Virus record (IMG/VR): IMGVR_UViG_3300024346_000011
From: a virus
Direction: 5' to 3' (one strand)
DNA length: 64,000 bases
Positions 8,080 to 16,983 of the stretch are shown in pieces; positions within the stretch are counted from its first letter, which is position 1; each line of letters starts with the position of its first letter. Under the pieces are notes generated by a model, which did no database searches, was not told the DNA's origin, and saw nothing but the letters and a program-made list of their open reading frames with translations. A program made the position numbers and the translations under genes.

Positions 8080-8943
8080 TTATATTTTATTTTTTTCATA
8101 AGCACTTGGACTAGGTAATCCAGAATAGTAATCCCAATCTTTTAGATCATCTCGATGGATGAGGACTTCCCATTTTGGATCGTACCAAAATCTTCGACCA
8201 TTGCTATCAATTCTATCCTTCATTTCATGTTTGTTTCCATAACATAACATGAATTTTTCTTGAGTGTTAGTACCAAATGGATTATTCCAATCTTTAATGG
8301 TTCCACCACCTTTTATATATGCCATTTTCGAAACATCCTCACAAAGCTGTAAGATCTTAGGATATTTAGCAATTTGCATACTTGCTGGTAAAAAAGGATC
8401 TACATCACCAGCTCGATAAATAATTTCAGCCCTAAGATAATTACCAATACCATTAAAATATTGTTGATTCATTAGGACTTCATACAAGGGCTTCTTAAAT
8501 GCTGGCTTTGTTAAATTAGTCATTACATTTAAAAAGAATTCTTTAGATTCTGTAGTTGGATCTGGGCCGCGGTTATTACTCCACCAAACACCCTGCTTCC
8601 ATTTACCAAATCGACGAACATCTACAAAGCTCAAACTAACGCCATCATCTGTATAGAATATAAGATGCGCGTGCTTGAGCTCATTGCCAGTATTTGTCAT
8701 TTTAAAATAACCACTCATTCCCATTGTCATTCGAATAGGAATAATTTGATCACTATCTCGATCTAAGATTGCAAGAACCAGTTCTTTACCTCGAGCTTCT
8801 GCCCGGATCTTAAACTTTCTAAATGGAATGTTTAATTCATCGCCCTTATGTTCCGGATTCTTTTTACAACTTACAAATTTTTCACCATCAGTAACTTGAT
8901 TAATATAGTCTGCAGTAAGTTTAAGTTCTGCTAATTCTGGCAT
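8080..8943 (-). CDS. Fpg/Nei-family DNA glycosylase/AP lyase, NEIL1-like
   Basis: N-terminal MPELAE, RGKEL, FVDVRRFGKW, H2TH FNGIGNYLRAEI; no C4 zinc finger. Confidence 0.9.
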   Translation of the reverse strand: MPELAELKLTADYINQVTDGEKFVSCKKNPEHKGDELNIPFRKFKIRAEARGKELVLAILDRDSDQIIPIRMTMGMSGYFKMTNTGNELKHAHLIFYTDDGVSLSFVDVRRFGKWKQGVWWSNNRGPDPTTESKEFFLNVMTNLTKPAFKKPLYEVLMNQQYFNGIGNYLRAEIIYRAGDVDPFLPASMQIAKYPKILQLCEDVSKMAYIKGGGTIKDWNNPFGTNTQEKFMLCYGNKHEMKDRIDSNGRRFWYDPKWEVLIHRDDLKDWDYYSGLPSPSAYEKNKI

Positions 8944-8945
8944 AA

Positions 8946-9068
8946 TTAGTCCCGATTTGAATAAAACTTGATTAAATCAATAATTGTTGTGATTCCCCAT
9001 CCAATGCAATATGCTAAAAATAGCGTAACAAATGGATGTTCTGTGATAAGTTCGTAAAGTTCTCTCAT
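8946..9068 (-). CDS. Small membrane protein (40 aa)
   Basis: Not in the ORF track. MRELYELITEHPFVTLFLAYCIGWGITTIIDLIKFYSNRD fills the gap and has one hydrophobic segment. Confidence 0.55.
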   Translation of the reverse strand: MRELYELITEHPFVTLFLAYCIGWGITTIIDLIKFYSNRD

Positions 9069-9072
9069 AATT

Positions 9073-9210
9073 TTAAAACATAAACGTTAATCCCCAGCCG
9101 CCCCAAGCTAGGATGACCTCATAATACCCATTAAGAGATCGATCATAAGTAACCTTAATCGTGGGGATGATTAAGAATTGCGAACATTGACTATAAAATT
9201 CTAGTTTCAT
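9073..9210 (-). CDS. Small hypothetical protein (45 aa)
   Basis: Not in the ORF track. MKLEFYSQCSQFLIIPTIKVTYDRSLNGYYEVILAWGGWGLTFMF fills the gap. Confidence 0.55.
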   Translation of the reverse strand: MKLEFYSQCSQFLIIPTIKVTYDRSLNGYYEVILAWGGWGLTFMF

Positions 9211-9361
9211 TGGTTAGTATTTTAAGAGCGTTGCCAAATGCAGTAACTCTATCGAATTTACCTGTTTCTATAAGTGTTTGAGCGGTTTCAAACAATTGCT
9301 TCTCTAATCCAAGCTTCGTTGCTTCTCTAACGATGTCTGTGATAAATTTCTCGTTACTCAT
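9191..9361 (-). CDS. Small hypothetical protein
   Basis: Likely start MSNEKF, downstream of a middle-type promoter. Confidence 0.6.
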   Translation of the reverse strand: MSNEKFITDIVREATKLGLEKQLFETAQTLIETGKFDRVTAFGNALKILTNETRIL

Positions 9362-9382
9362 AATCTTAACACTTAACATTAG

Positions 9383-9409
9383 TTATATCTTTGAGTCTAA
9401 GATTGTTTC
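9383..9409 (-). promoter_or_regulatory. Middle-type promoter GAAAC-N17-TATAA
   Basis: Same motif and spacing at several other intergenic sites. Confidence 0.6.
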
Positions 9410-9789
9410 AAATACTTAACTTTAACCCGCTCGCTGATTGGAATTGGATCTCCATTCTCATCAATTCTTACAAATTTAATATTTGTCGATAAGATTACAG
9501 TTTGCTGGCCTGAATAAACATTATGCGCTCTTGCTTCTAAATAGAGAGTGATTGATGTGTTACCAATATCTTTTACATCGCCGTAGATCTTAAGCAATTG
9601 TCCTTCTTTGGCTGGCTTTTTAAACTCGCATTTATCAATCATTACTGTAACCATTCTTGGTGTATCACATACTTCCATTGCAAAAGCAGCTGCTGCGGCG
9701 TCCAACCAAGCTAAGAGTTTACCACCAAATAGATTTGCATGAAATCCAAGGTCGCTCTTTTTAATTGGGTGTGTAGTAATTAGTTGCAT
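9397..9789 (-). CDS. Acyl-CoA thioesterase (hotdog fold)
   Basis: NLFGGKLLAWLD, VTV, FKKP, GNTSI, FVRIDENG. Confidence 0.9.
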   Translation of the reverse strand: MQLITTHPIKKSDLGFHANLFGGKLLAWLDAAAAAFAMEVCDTPRMVTVMIDKCEFKKPAKEGQLLKIYGDVKDIGNTSITLYLEARAHNVYSGQQTVILSTNIKFVRIDENGDPIPISERVKVKYLKQS

Positions 9790-9791
9790 AT

Positions 9792-10721
9792 TTATTGAAT
9801 AAACACTTTTTCAAATCCATCATTATATTGAACAACATACCAATTTCCAGATTTAAGATCTTTTAAATCTTTTTGGATAAATTGTCCGTTCCAATCCCAT
9901 ACTGCTAATACTTTACGATCAATCTGGTTTTCTTCAATTCCAATCGCAGATGGGGTCACTGTATAGGTCATTTGCACATAACACTGCGAAGCTTTAATTC
10001 CTCCACTTCTCCATTCTGTTAGTTTATAACCTGTAACAAAGTTACCAACAGTTGAAGGGGTCCAATTAATCATGCCACCGCCCATTGTGTAAATACCATA
10101 GCTTGTTAATTGGTTGAATGGCGCTAATGGCACAAATGTGTTGTTTGCATGTTGACCTAAAGCATCCCACATTTCATATTGAATAGAATCATTCTCAAAT
10201 GAACTATCGTTGATTAGAGCTTTTAAGTCAATCACACTGGTAAAGTTCTGTGGCATCGTACATGTTGGTAGATAGTTTGGCATCGGAGTGTTATTATTCA
10301 CTGCATTCAAACGATCAACGTCAAGAGCAATCAAGAAATCACTGGTAAAAGAATTTGATGCATTAACGGTTGTACCTCGGCAACAATGTGAATACACAAA
10401 GCGATATTTTGACATATAGAACTGTTTATATCCACTCGTGTAAGTTGTTAATAGATTACCATCCAACATTGTATCGGTTGTTGTCCATGTAACCGTTATA
10501 TTTTCTGAGAACTGATAGAAGTTATTGTTCTCAATGTAAACTGTAACTGTTTGGCTATTAGGTACAATCCCTTGTGGATCTGTAATTAAATATAGAGCAA
10601 CCGCTTGATTATTTGGTTGTGAACTTGGATCATGTGACATCGCTAACATTCCACCTAGAATATGTGATGCAAAGGTCGACGTTGAAGCGACCATTAATAG
10701 GGATAGTAAGATCTTTTTCAT
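9792..10721 (-). CDS. Secreted protein with a signal peptide and a T9SS type-A-like C-terminal domain
   Basis: MKKILLSLLMVASTSTFA|SHILGG; CCR motif; C-terminus GIEE...WDWNGQ...LKSGNWYVVQYNDGFEKVFIQ. Confidence 0.6.
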   Translation of the reverse strand: MKKILLSLLMVASTSTFASHILGGMLAMSHDPSSQPNNQAVALYLITDPQGIVPNSQTVTVYIENNNFYQFSENITVTWTTTDTMLDGNLLTTYTSGYKQFYMSKYRFVYSHCCRGTTVNASNSFTSDFLIALDVDRLNAVNNNTPMPNYLPTCTMPQNFTSVIDLKALINDSSFENDSIQYEMWDALGQHANNTFVPLAPFNQLTSYGIYTMGGGMINWTPSTVGNFVTGYKLTEWRSGGIKASQCYVQMTYTVTPSAIGIEENQIDRKVLAVWDWNGQFIQKDLKDLKSGNWYVVQYNDGFEKVFIQ

Positions 10722-10722
10722 T

Positions 10723-11163
10723 TTATTCTTCATCACCAAAATCATCCATAAAAATTGCTAATCGAGAAGATGGCATCATAATCGATACCATTCGATGATC
10801 ACCATACTTAGTGAAAATAAAAGTACATTGATCGCCAGTCTGAACTTCAATACATTCGCATCGAACAAATTCAGTTCCTTCTTCGGTTTTATCGTAATTA
10901 ACCTGATAAACCGTCCAAGTGTATGTAACCTTTGTCTTAATGTCAGTAATAACAATCTTTCCTGTGTTAGATTGATTGACATTAGTTTCAATCATATTGT
11001 ATTCTTCATATCGCGCAAGCTTATTAAAGAACATGTATTTACTTTCAACTTCAGACCAAACCATATCCTGGGTTGAAGTGTGGTCAGTGATCATTCGCCC
11101 AGTAATTTGAGCAGAGAGGTTTGTAGTTAGGACTACGAGCAGGATTAAGAGTAGTTTTTTCAT
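10723..11163 (-). CDS. Secreted hypothetical protein
   Basis: Signal peptide MKKLLLILLVVLTTNLSA|Q, with Gln after the cleavage site as is typical in Bacteroidota. Confidence 0.7.
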   Translation of the reverse strand: MKKLLLILLVVLTTNLSAQITGRMITDHTSTQDMVWSEVESKYMFFNKLARYEEYNMIETNVNQSNTGKIVITDIKTKVTYTWTVYQVNYDKTEEGTEFVRCECIEVQTGDQCTFIFTKYGDHRMVSIMMPSSRLAIFMDDFGDEE

Positions 11164-11164
11164 T

Positions 11165-11629
11165 TTAGTTCATGATTACAATATACCAGTTAAGAGAAGA
11201 TGCGATCATCAACCAAATAAGATACGGCATGATCCAGATCATTCGACCCCAACCGTTGATGATTCGTGTAAAGTGTGCCATTACAAAAATAATGATCGAT
11301 AGTGTTGAAATCATGATTGCTGCACCGAGCGTATGTTGGCCAAAGAACACATAATTCCAAAAGATGTTTAGTAACAGGGCTTCTGGAAACAGAGCATAAG
11401 GTAGAATATTCTCTTCATCTCTCCATTCATTGGCCATAAAGACTGAGAACGTTGCACCAATAATTGTCCAAGCCAAACCAAACACCCATCCCGGTGGGGT
11501 CCAAGGCGCTTGATTAAGGGTAGTATACCACTCACTTGTTACTCCAGGAGTGGTTGCTAGCCCTCCAAGCCAAAGGCCGCCAAAATTGAGGGCCAAAAAG
11601 CCAAGAAGAACTAGTAGGTAATTTTTCAT
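11165..11629 (-). CDS. tspO: TspO/MBR tryptophan-rich sensory protein
   Basis: WYTTLNQAPWTPPGWVFGLAWT, LNIFWNYVFFG, PYLIW...LN; five hydrophobic segments. Confidence 0.9.
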   Translation of the reverse strand: MKNYLLVLLGFLALNFGGLWLGGLATTPGVTSEWYTTLNQAPWTPPGWVFGLAWTIIGATFSVFMANEWRDEENILPYALFPEALLLNIFWNYVFFGQHTLGAAIMISTLSIIIFVMAHFTRIINGWGRMIWIMPYLIWLMIASSLNWYIVIMN

Positions 11630-11640
11630 TGTATAGGGGG

Positions 11641-12339
11641 TTATTGATTAATTTGAGAATTTAACCAATTGTTGACATCTTTGCGCCACTGATCATTTTG
11701 ACGAGCTGGATCATGGGTTACAATTGGATTATAATAAATCTTTTGAGTTTCATTCCAATAAAACTTACCATCAGAACGTTGTGTAGAATTAGGACTGATA
11801 TATGGAATTTGGAAAGTTTCAAATTCAATATTACCCCAAGTTTTTAAGCAATGATATTCATTCTTTTGCATGTGTAATCCTTCTGCATCTCCACGTTGAT
11901 TATTAAACATTGAAAAAACTCCATGTGGTTTAAGAATCCATTGTGCTTGAATTAAAAATGGATCAAGATCTTCATCCCATGTATCAACATAAATGCCATC
12001 AAACTTTGGAAGATGTTGAACTACCTCTTGCCAAGGTTTAAAAATACAGATTGCTTTCTTAAGCCAACCATTTTCAATCATATACCGCTGTACATCTGGG
12101 TGTGGTTCAATAATCCAATGTTCTTGAACGTTACCATTCATTTTATGCTCTTGGATATATGAATCAATAATCCCCATACCAAATCCAACATTTAGGACCA
12201 TTCCACCCCGGGAACATACTGTATCGGCCTGGCGGCGCATAATTTCACGCTCCCATTCCATCATAACAGCATGGCCATTTTCGTCTAAAAGTGTATCGTT
12301 TGTATAAGTTAATTTCTGTTGAAAATATGGTTTACTCAT
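11641..12339 (-). CDS. Class I SAM methyltransferase, Rmt2/GAMT-like
   Basis: VMMEWEREIM, VLNVGFGMGIID, HWIIEPHPDV, FDGIYVDTW. Confidence 0.8.
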   Translation of the reverse strand: MSKPYFQQKLTYTNDTLLDENGHAVMMEWEREIMRRQADTVCSRGGMVLNVGFGMGIIDSYIQEHKMNGNVQEHWIIEPHPDVQRYMIENGWLKKAICIFKPWQEVVQHLPKFDGIYVDTWDEDLDPFLIQAQWILKPHGVFSMFNNQRGDAEGLHMQKNEYHCLKTWGNIEFETFQIPYISPNSTQRSDGKFYWNETQKIYYNPIVTHDPARQNDQWRKDVNNWLNSQINQ

Positions 12340-12613
12340 TGGTATTTTCTATTGTATCGTTTATAGTTGTTTGAACAGTAATTACAGGCTTTGGTTTTTC
12401 TTGAATCTGAACAGTGTCATAGATCTTAACCCTGACAGTGTCATAAACTTGAACCTTAATAGTATCATATACTGTTTCTTTCTTTTGTTTAGGCGTAAAA
12501 ATACTCTCTCTTGGTTCTTTAATTAATGTTGAAAAGATAATTGCAATAATTAAAGAAACCGGGATTGCCAATACGGCATACCCAGTCCATTTAAGTGTGT
12601 TAAATATTTTCAT
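12332..12613 (-). CDS. Single-pass membrane protein with (V/I)YDT repeats
   Basis: N-terminal TM helix; VYDTIKVQ / VYDTVRVK / IYDTVQIQ. Confidence 0.65.
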   Translation of the reverse strand: MKIFNTLKWTGYAVLAIPVSLIIAIIFSTLIKEPRESIFTPKQKKETVYDTIKVQVYDTVRVKIYDTVQIQEKPKPVITVQTTINDTIENTNE

Positions 12614-13010
12614 TTGATAAACTATTATAGATTGTACGCAGCGAATGTTTTACATTTGATTTAATCTCTTCTTCCATATCAGCTCGGCGCTTCTCAACTT
12701 CGGTATCAAAATACATTTGAATCTTTCTAGAAGATTTTTGACCAATTGGGATATTGTAACTATATTGGTGGTTTACAATATCAATTCGGGTCTCAGCAAT
12801 TACAATAAAGATACTACCATCCTCGCTCTTAATATAGCGCTTACCAGAGATTGGTGAAATTAGAACAATTGTTTCTGGCTTAGCTAGGAGCTTTTTGCAG
12901 ATATTAATCCCATCACGTTGATAATCCAACAACACGTCATCAGACGGGTCCATGGATTTATAAATTTTCAGTGCAATCTTTTGGGCAAATCTTTTTATCG
13001 CGTGTTGCAT
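12600..13010 (-). CDS. Hypothetical protein
   Basis: Clean operonic ORF. Confidence 0.75.
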   Translation of the reverse strand: MQHAIKRFAQKIALKIYKSMDPSDDVLLDYQRDGINICKKLLAKPETIVLISPISGKRYIKSEDGSIFIVIAETRIDIVNHQYSYNIPIGQKSSRKIQMYFDTEVEKRRADMEEEIKSNVKHSLRTIYNSLSNENI

Positions 13011-13016
13011 AGCTTT

Positions 13017-13217
13017 TTATTTAAGGGCCTCAGAAATCTTAGTGTACATCCAAATGCCAACTAACCAAAACACTGGATAGAATACAGTGCCTGCTAAATC
13101 ACCCTCACTACCGATTAGGAATCCAAGTGCAAATGCACCCACTCCCATCCAAGTAAAAGGATTCATAAAGCTGAAAAAATTTTGAACTTTCAACTTAAGA
13201 TCTTGTAAATTACTCAT
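13017..13217 (-). CDS. Small membrane protein
   Basis: Two hydrophobic segments; likely start MSNLQD. Confidence 0.6.
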   Translation of the reverse strand: MSNLQDLKLKVQNFFSFMNPFTWMGVGAFALGFLIGSEGDLAGTVFYPVFWLVGIWMYTKISEALK

Positions 13218-14103
13218 TACTTTCATTTTTTTGATAAACCTTTAAATTCCTAAATAGTACGGTGCTTTCATCTGGACTGAATTTTAAGCTGTCTGGATTT
13301 TCGCATCCGTTATTTAATATAATATACTGCTCTTGCTCGTTTTGTTTCAACGCTTTTTTAATGGTGCACTCTTGTATGAGATAGCCATCATAGTAGAATC
13401 GGATCCAATCTTCGGTCCAGTGACAAGCATACTTAACCCATCGGGTTTCTGGGCGCCCTAATTTAATGTCTGGCTGACCCATGTCGCGCTTGCCATCTTG
13501 CCAGTTCTTGCCCTGGCCAAAATGAATATTGGGCTTGGCTTCTACCACTCCAGTTTTATTATAGCTCTCAAAGATGTCAATTTCGGGCGGCCAGGTTTCC
13601 AAGCCGTGCAGCCAGAACGCGGTCCATTGGCCCTTGGCTTTAGGCAATTTGGCTTCTACTTCAAACCAACCGTATTTAAAGGACTTTTTAGTAGATACAC
13701 ATCCAATTGCATAAGGGGCTTTCCATTCTCGCAGTTGGGCGCCCTTTCTTTGCCATTCTGGTAGATCAACCCGATTCCAGACTCTGGGTTCGGTTATGAG
13801 ACCTAAATGGAGCTCCCCATCCCCACTCTGAATCACCTTTTGACTCGTTTCTTCAGAGCGGTGTGGCCACCACATCCACCACCAATCTGGGTGTACGTTT
13901 CTTCCCCATGGGAATCCAGTTCTCCAAACTTCCCAATCCAATGGGGTCTCAAAGCTTTCTGAAAATTGGAGTGTATAATCCTTAGGTGGACGGGCTGGGC
14001 CCATTCTGGGGTCACTCCCGATACGTCGCTGGGCCTGGAGTTGCAGGTACCAGTTTTTCAGGTTACTGAGCAGGGATCGCTGGAAGTAGTGTTTGGGTAC
14101 CAT
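13210..14103 (-). CDS. Glycoside hydrolase family 16 protein
   Basis: FKYGWFEVEAKLP, WTAFWL, catalytic WPPEIDIFE, IRFYYDG. Confidence 0.9.
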   Translation of the reverse strand: MVPKHYFQRSLLSNLKNWYLQLQAQRRIGSDPRMGPARPPKDYTLQFSESFETPLDWEVWRTGFPWGRNVHPDWWWMWWPHRSEETSQKVIQSGDGELHLGLITEPRVWNRVDLPEWQRKGAQLREWKAPYAIGCVSTKKSFKYGWFEVEAKLPKAKGQWTAFWLHGLETWPPEIDIFESYNKTGVVEAKPNIHFGQGKNWQDGKRDMGQPDIKLGRPETRWVKYACHWTEDWIRFYYDGYLIQECTIKKALKQNEQEQYIILNNGCENPDSLKFSPDESTVLFRNLKVYQKNESNE

Positions 14104-14151
14104 AAAATAAAACGTCCTATAAAATTTCCCTATTGATGTGAGTATCGTAGT

Positions 14152-14373
14152 TTATCTATTCCATTTTCCTTTTGGACAACTCCTAGGAATTTGAGAATGG
14201 ACCTTCTTCTTTAATGGACAACCACATGCGCTGCAAGATAGGAAAGGTTCCTCCCGCTTAAACTCACATGTGAGACAAATTTCCAAGCGCTCTGCAGCAA
14301 TGTCTTGCTGATCTTCAGAAGGATTCATTGAAATCTTCCAAGCGTTGAAAATCTCTGTGACCTTTTTAATCAT
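14152..14373 (-). CDS. Small Cys-rich protein (DUF6171-like)
   Basis: RLEICLTC...CSACGCPLKKKV...CPKGKW. Likely start MIKKVTE. Confidence 0.7.
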   Translation of the reverse strand: MIKKVTEIFNAWKISMNPSEDQQDIAAERLEICLTCEFKREEPFLSCSACGCPLKKKVHSQIPRSCPKGKWNR

Positions 14374-14572
14374 TCTTAGAAACTGAATTGTTTTTGAACA
14401 AGATCGATGCAAGTAGCATAATGCCAAGGGCTTGGCCAAATGAGATTGGGTGAATACCATCGATTGCTGTCACAAGGAACGCATTCCAAAGAAGTTGAAC
14501 TGGCCACGCCAAGATAATAACCGCAAATACTGCGATAAAAATAGCCTTAAAGATTAGTTTTAAATATTCCAT
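14366..14572 (-). CDS. Small membrane protein
   Basis: Two TM segments; LWN...ISFGQALG pattern. Confidence 0.65.
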   Translation of the reverse strand: MEYLKLIFKAIFIAVFAVIILAWPVQLLWNAFLVTAIDGIHPISFGQALGIMLLASILFKNNSVSKND

Positions 14573-14575
14573 ATC

Positions 14576-14875
14576 TTACAATTGTGAGGGTTTTGCTGTG
14601 TTGTATACTAATTTACTAAAGAATTGTAGACCCTTAATGGTAGTAGAATCTGCGTTGCCTAGGGCGCCCATCAAATTATTATCTACAAAGTGTTGCACAA
14701 ATCCTCCGCCGCTTGGACCAATATTCCATTTAGTGCATAAGATTGAGGTTGCAATATTAATAATATGTGCCCTTTCACGCTCGTTCAAAGTATCTACCTT
14801 GCACCATTCTGCATTTTCATTGTAATAATCCTCTACTAGAGTCTTGATTGTTTTAACTTTTTCTAATATTTCCAT
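14576..14875 (-). CDS. Hypothetical protein, first gene after an early promoter
   Basis: Clean ORF; GGGFVQ...NNLMGAL..AD. Confidence 0.7.
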   Translation of the reverse strand: MEILEKVKTIKTLVEDYYNENAEWCKVDTLNERERAHIINIATSILCTKWNIGPSGGGFVQHFVDNNLMGALGNADSTTIKGLQFFSKLVYNTAKPSQL

Positions 14876-14897
14876 GTGTTTATCTTTTAATTATAAG

Positions 14898-14929
14898 TAA
14901 ATATAACACTTTTTGGCGACATAAAAAAA
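14898..14929 (-). promoter_or_regulatory. Early-type promoter
   Basis: TTTTTTTATGTC-N11-TTATATTTA copy. Confidence 0.75.
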
Positions 14930-14932
14930 CGT

Positions 14933-15139
14933 TTACCCAAATATTTTCAAAATATTTTCAGAAAATGTGCTTGTGATCCAAAGAACTGTGATTGTAAACA
15001 CATGAATAAAGACCCAAGTTAATAAAAACTTTACAATTTCAGGAAGGTGGATTTGAACCCGTTCGCGCTCTGGATACTTATTTTTCTGATATTGTCGAAT
15101 TAATCGGGCTATGATTGCGATAAAGAACGCAAGTTTCAT
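14933..15139 (-). CDS. Small membrane protein
   Basis: ATGA overlap with rfbC; hydrophobic. Confidence 0.55.
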   Translation of the reverse strand: MKLAFFIAIIARLIRQYQKNKYPERERVQIHLPEIVKFLLTWVFIHVFTITVLWITSTFSENILKIFG

Positions 15140-15711
15140 CCCATCATAGTTGCTTGGTTCACGTATTCGCGAACATACTCTGACAAATATAATGCTGCTT
15201 GATCTTTTTCTGAAACTTCAAGCTCATCACTTGGAATTGGAATATCTAGATCAATGTCCTTATCATCCCATCGGATTCCAACCTGATGCTTAGGTGCATA
15301 GACCTCAGTACATTTATAGCAAAAAATAGTATCATCCTCAAGTGCCACAAAAGCATGTCCAAATCCAGCAGGTACCCAGAATTGATTTCCTTTCTCTGCC
15401 GAAAGTTCAATACTTTCCCATTGGCCAAATGTTGGAGAACCTGGTCTCAAATCTACTGCATAATCAATTACACTACCTTTAGAAACTCTAACCAATTTAC
15501 CTTGGGCCCATGGATCCAGTTGTAAATGGATCCCTCTAAAGGACCCTCTCTTTGAGATGCTTTGATTATCCTGTTTGAAGTGATAATTAAATCCATGCTC
15601 CCGGAACACGTCCTCGTTATAAGTTTCAATGAACTGTCCACGACTATCTTTAAATACTGTGGGTTGAAACTCGATTAATCCTTTAATTTTAAATTTTTTG
15701 TTAACTTTCAT
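15136..15711 (-). CDS. rfbC: dTDP-4-dehydrorhamnose 3,5-epimerase
   Basis: DSRGQFIE, QDNQSIS, RGIHLQ, QGKLVRV, DLRPGSPTFG, GFGHAF, YKC, SEKD. Confidence 0.95.
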   Translation of the reverse strand: MKVNKKFKIKGLIEFQPTVFKDSRGQFIETYNEDVFREHGFNYHFKQDNQSISKRGSFRGIHLQLDPWAQGKLVRVSKGSVIDYAVDLRPGSPTFGQWESIELSAEKGNQFWVPAGFGHAFVALEDDTIFCYKCTEVYAPKHQVGIRWDDKDIDLDIPIPSDELEVSEKDQAALYLSEYVREYVNQATMMG

Positions 15712-15712
15712 A

Positions 15713-16375
15713 TTACGGTTTTTTAATTATAAACGTAGATGTCCATTCTTCAGTTAAATCATAATTAACACTGTGTTTTTCAGCAAACTCATGGACCGCT
15801 GGGTTAACCCCAAAGATTCCAGCGTACGATATTTCATTATTAGGATTGTAATAATTTGCAATCTGCCATCTCCAATTATCAGCATATACATGCATATCTT
15901 TATCGTTATCTAATTTTGGATTATTTTCCCAATCAACTAATAGATAATCATGACCCGCCATAATACCACCTGACTTTAATTTAGGCCACCAAAGTTCAAG
16001 ATCTTCTTTAACCCAAGAGTATGCGTGATTTCCATCAATATACACATAATCAAGAGAATTATCTGCAAATAAATTAACCGCTTGTTCACTTAAGGCTCTA
16101 ATCATAAAAGCTCTATCTTCATAGCCTTTAATTATCTCCATAGTATCACTGTATGCTGTTACATGCATTTTATGATTTGACGCATCAAAATATTCATCAC
16201 CAAGTGGGCGCCACGGATCAACCATATAGAGCGTCCCGGGCCATCGATCCAATATAGCCTTTGAAAATTTACCTTTAAATACGCCAATTTCAACACCGAG
16301 TTTTGCTCGATTTAGGTTAAGAATTCTAGAGATTGCAAATTCTCTAGATTCGTTTAATGTTGCTTCGGTTTTCAT
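15713..16375 (-). CDS. Class I SAM methyltransferase (Methyltransf_24-like)
   Basis: GVEIGVFKG, VDPW, DYVYIDGNHAY, GGIMAGHDY, GVNPAV. Confidence 0.85.
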   Translation of the reverse strand: MKTEATLNESREFAISRILNLNRAKLGVEIGVFKGKFSKAILDRWPGTLYMVDPWRPLGDEYFDASNHKMHVTAYSDTMEIIKGYEDRAFMIRALSEQAVNLFADNSLDYVYIDGNHAYSWVKEDLELWWPKLKSGGIMAGHDYLLVDWENNPKLDNDKDMHVYADNWRWQIANYYNPNNEISYAGIFGVNPAVHEFAEKHSVNYDLTEEWTSTFIIKKP

Positions 16376-16983
16376 CTAATTTCGTAATTGTTATAATCTT
16401 GTTTTCTTAAATCAATATTAGGGAATAGATACTTGAGCTTATGCAATTCAACTCGATTTGGATCAGTATCAATATCTACTATAATAGTTTTCTTAAATGC
16501 AGTTGGAACTAGAGCACCAGTTGGTAGTGGTGTAGAATCTTTAAATTCTAACTCAATAATTACACGAACTATTCCAAATTCTTGAGCCAATTTTCGCTCA
16601 TAAGCTTCTAAATCTTTCCAAGGGCCGCGGTTCAAACCTTCATGTTGTAGTGCGCAATTGAGATATGAGAAAGTCATACGTAATTCCTCTGCATCGCAAG
16701 AAAATGCGGCAGCTGGTGCAAGATGTCCTTTATCCCATACATTATTTTTGTAATCTTCGTCATCTGATGTATGGAACCCTTTAACCTTATAAAAGTTTAA
16801 ACCTTTTCTGGAGAACTCGCCATCCCAACAATCAACCGTATATTCTAATCTAAGTGGCTGTTCAAATTCTTCTGAATAGAGAACTTTAAATACTCTATCT
16901 TCATATTCAACAATTCCAGTAGGGCTTTGAGCGCAACTGGAAATGGTAATTAATACTAAAAGCAGCGTTAGTATTCTTTTCAT
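16372..16983 (-). CDS. DNA/RNA non-specific endonuclease (NucA/EndoG family) with a signal peptide
   Basis: DKGHLAPA, TFSYLN, LNRGPWKDLE, VPTAFKK. Confidence 0.9.
   Translation of the reverse strand: MKRILTLLLVLITISSCAQSPTGIVEYEDRVFKVLYSEEFEQPLRLEYTVDCWDGEFSRKGLNFYKVKGFHTSDDEDYKNNVWDKGHLAPAAAFSCDAEELRMTFSYLNCALQHEGLNRGPWKDLEAYERKLAQEFGIVRVIIELEFKDSTPLPTGALVPTAFKKTIIVDIDTDPNRVELHKLKYLFPNIDLRKQDYNNYEIR

Noticed and set aside
8080-12339. Eukaryotic virus (NCLDV) origin suggested by the NEIL1-like and Rmt2-like genes
   Set aside because: Portal, terminase, gp23 capsid, sheath and sigma factors identify a tailed bacteriophage.
15713-16375. MKTEATLNE start of the methyltransferase as a capsid-targeting leader
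   Set aside because: It lacks the aromatic F/Y-E-x-F core and lies behind a middle-type rather than a late promoter; LNE alone is common by chance.
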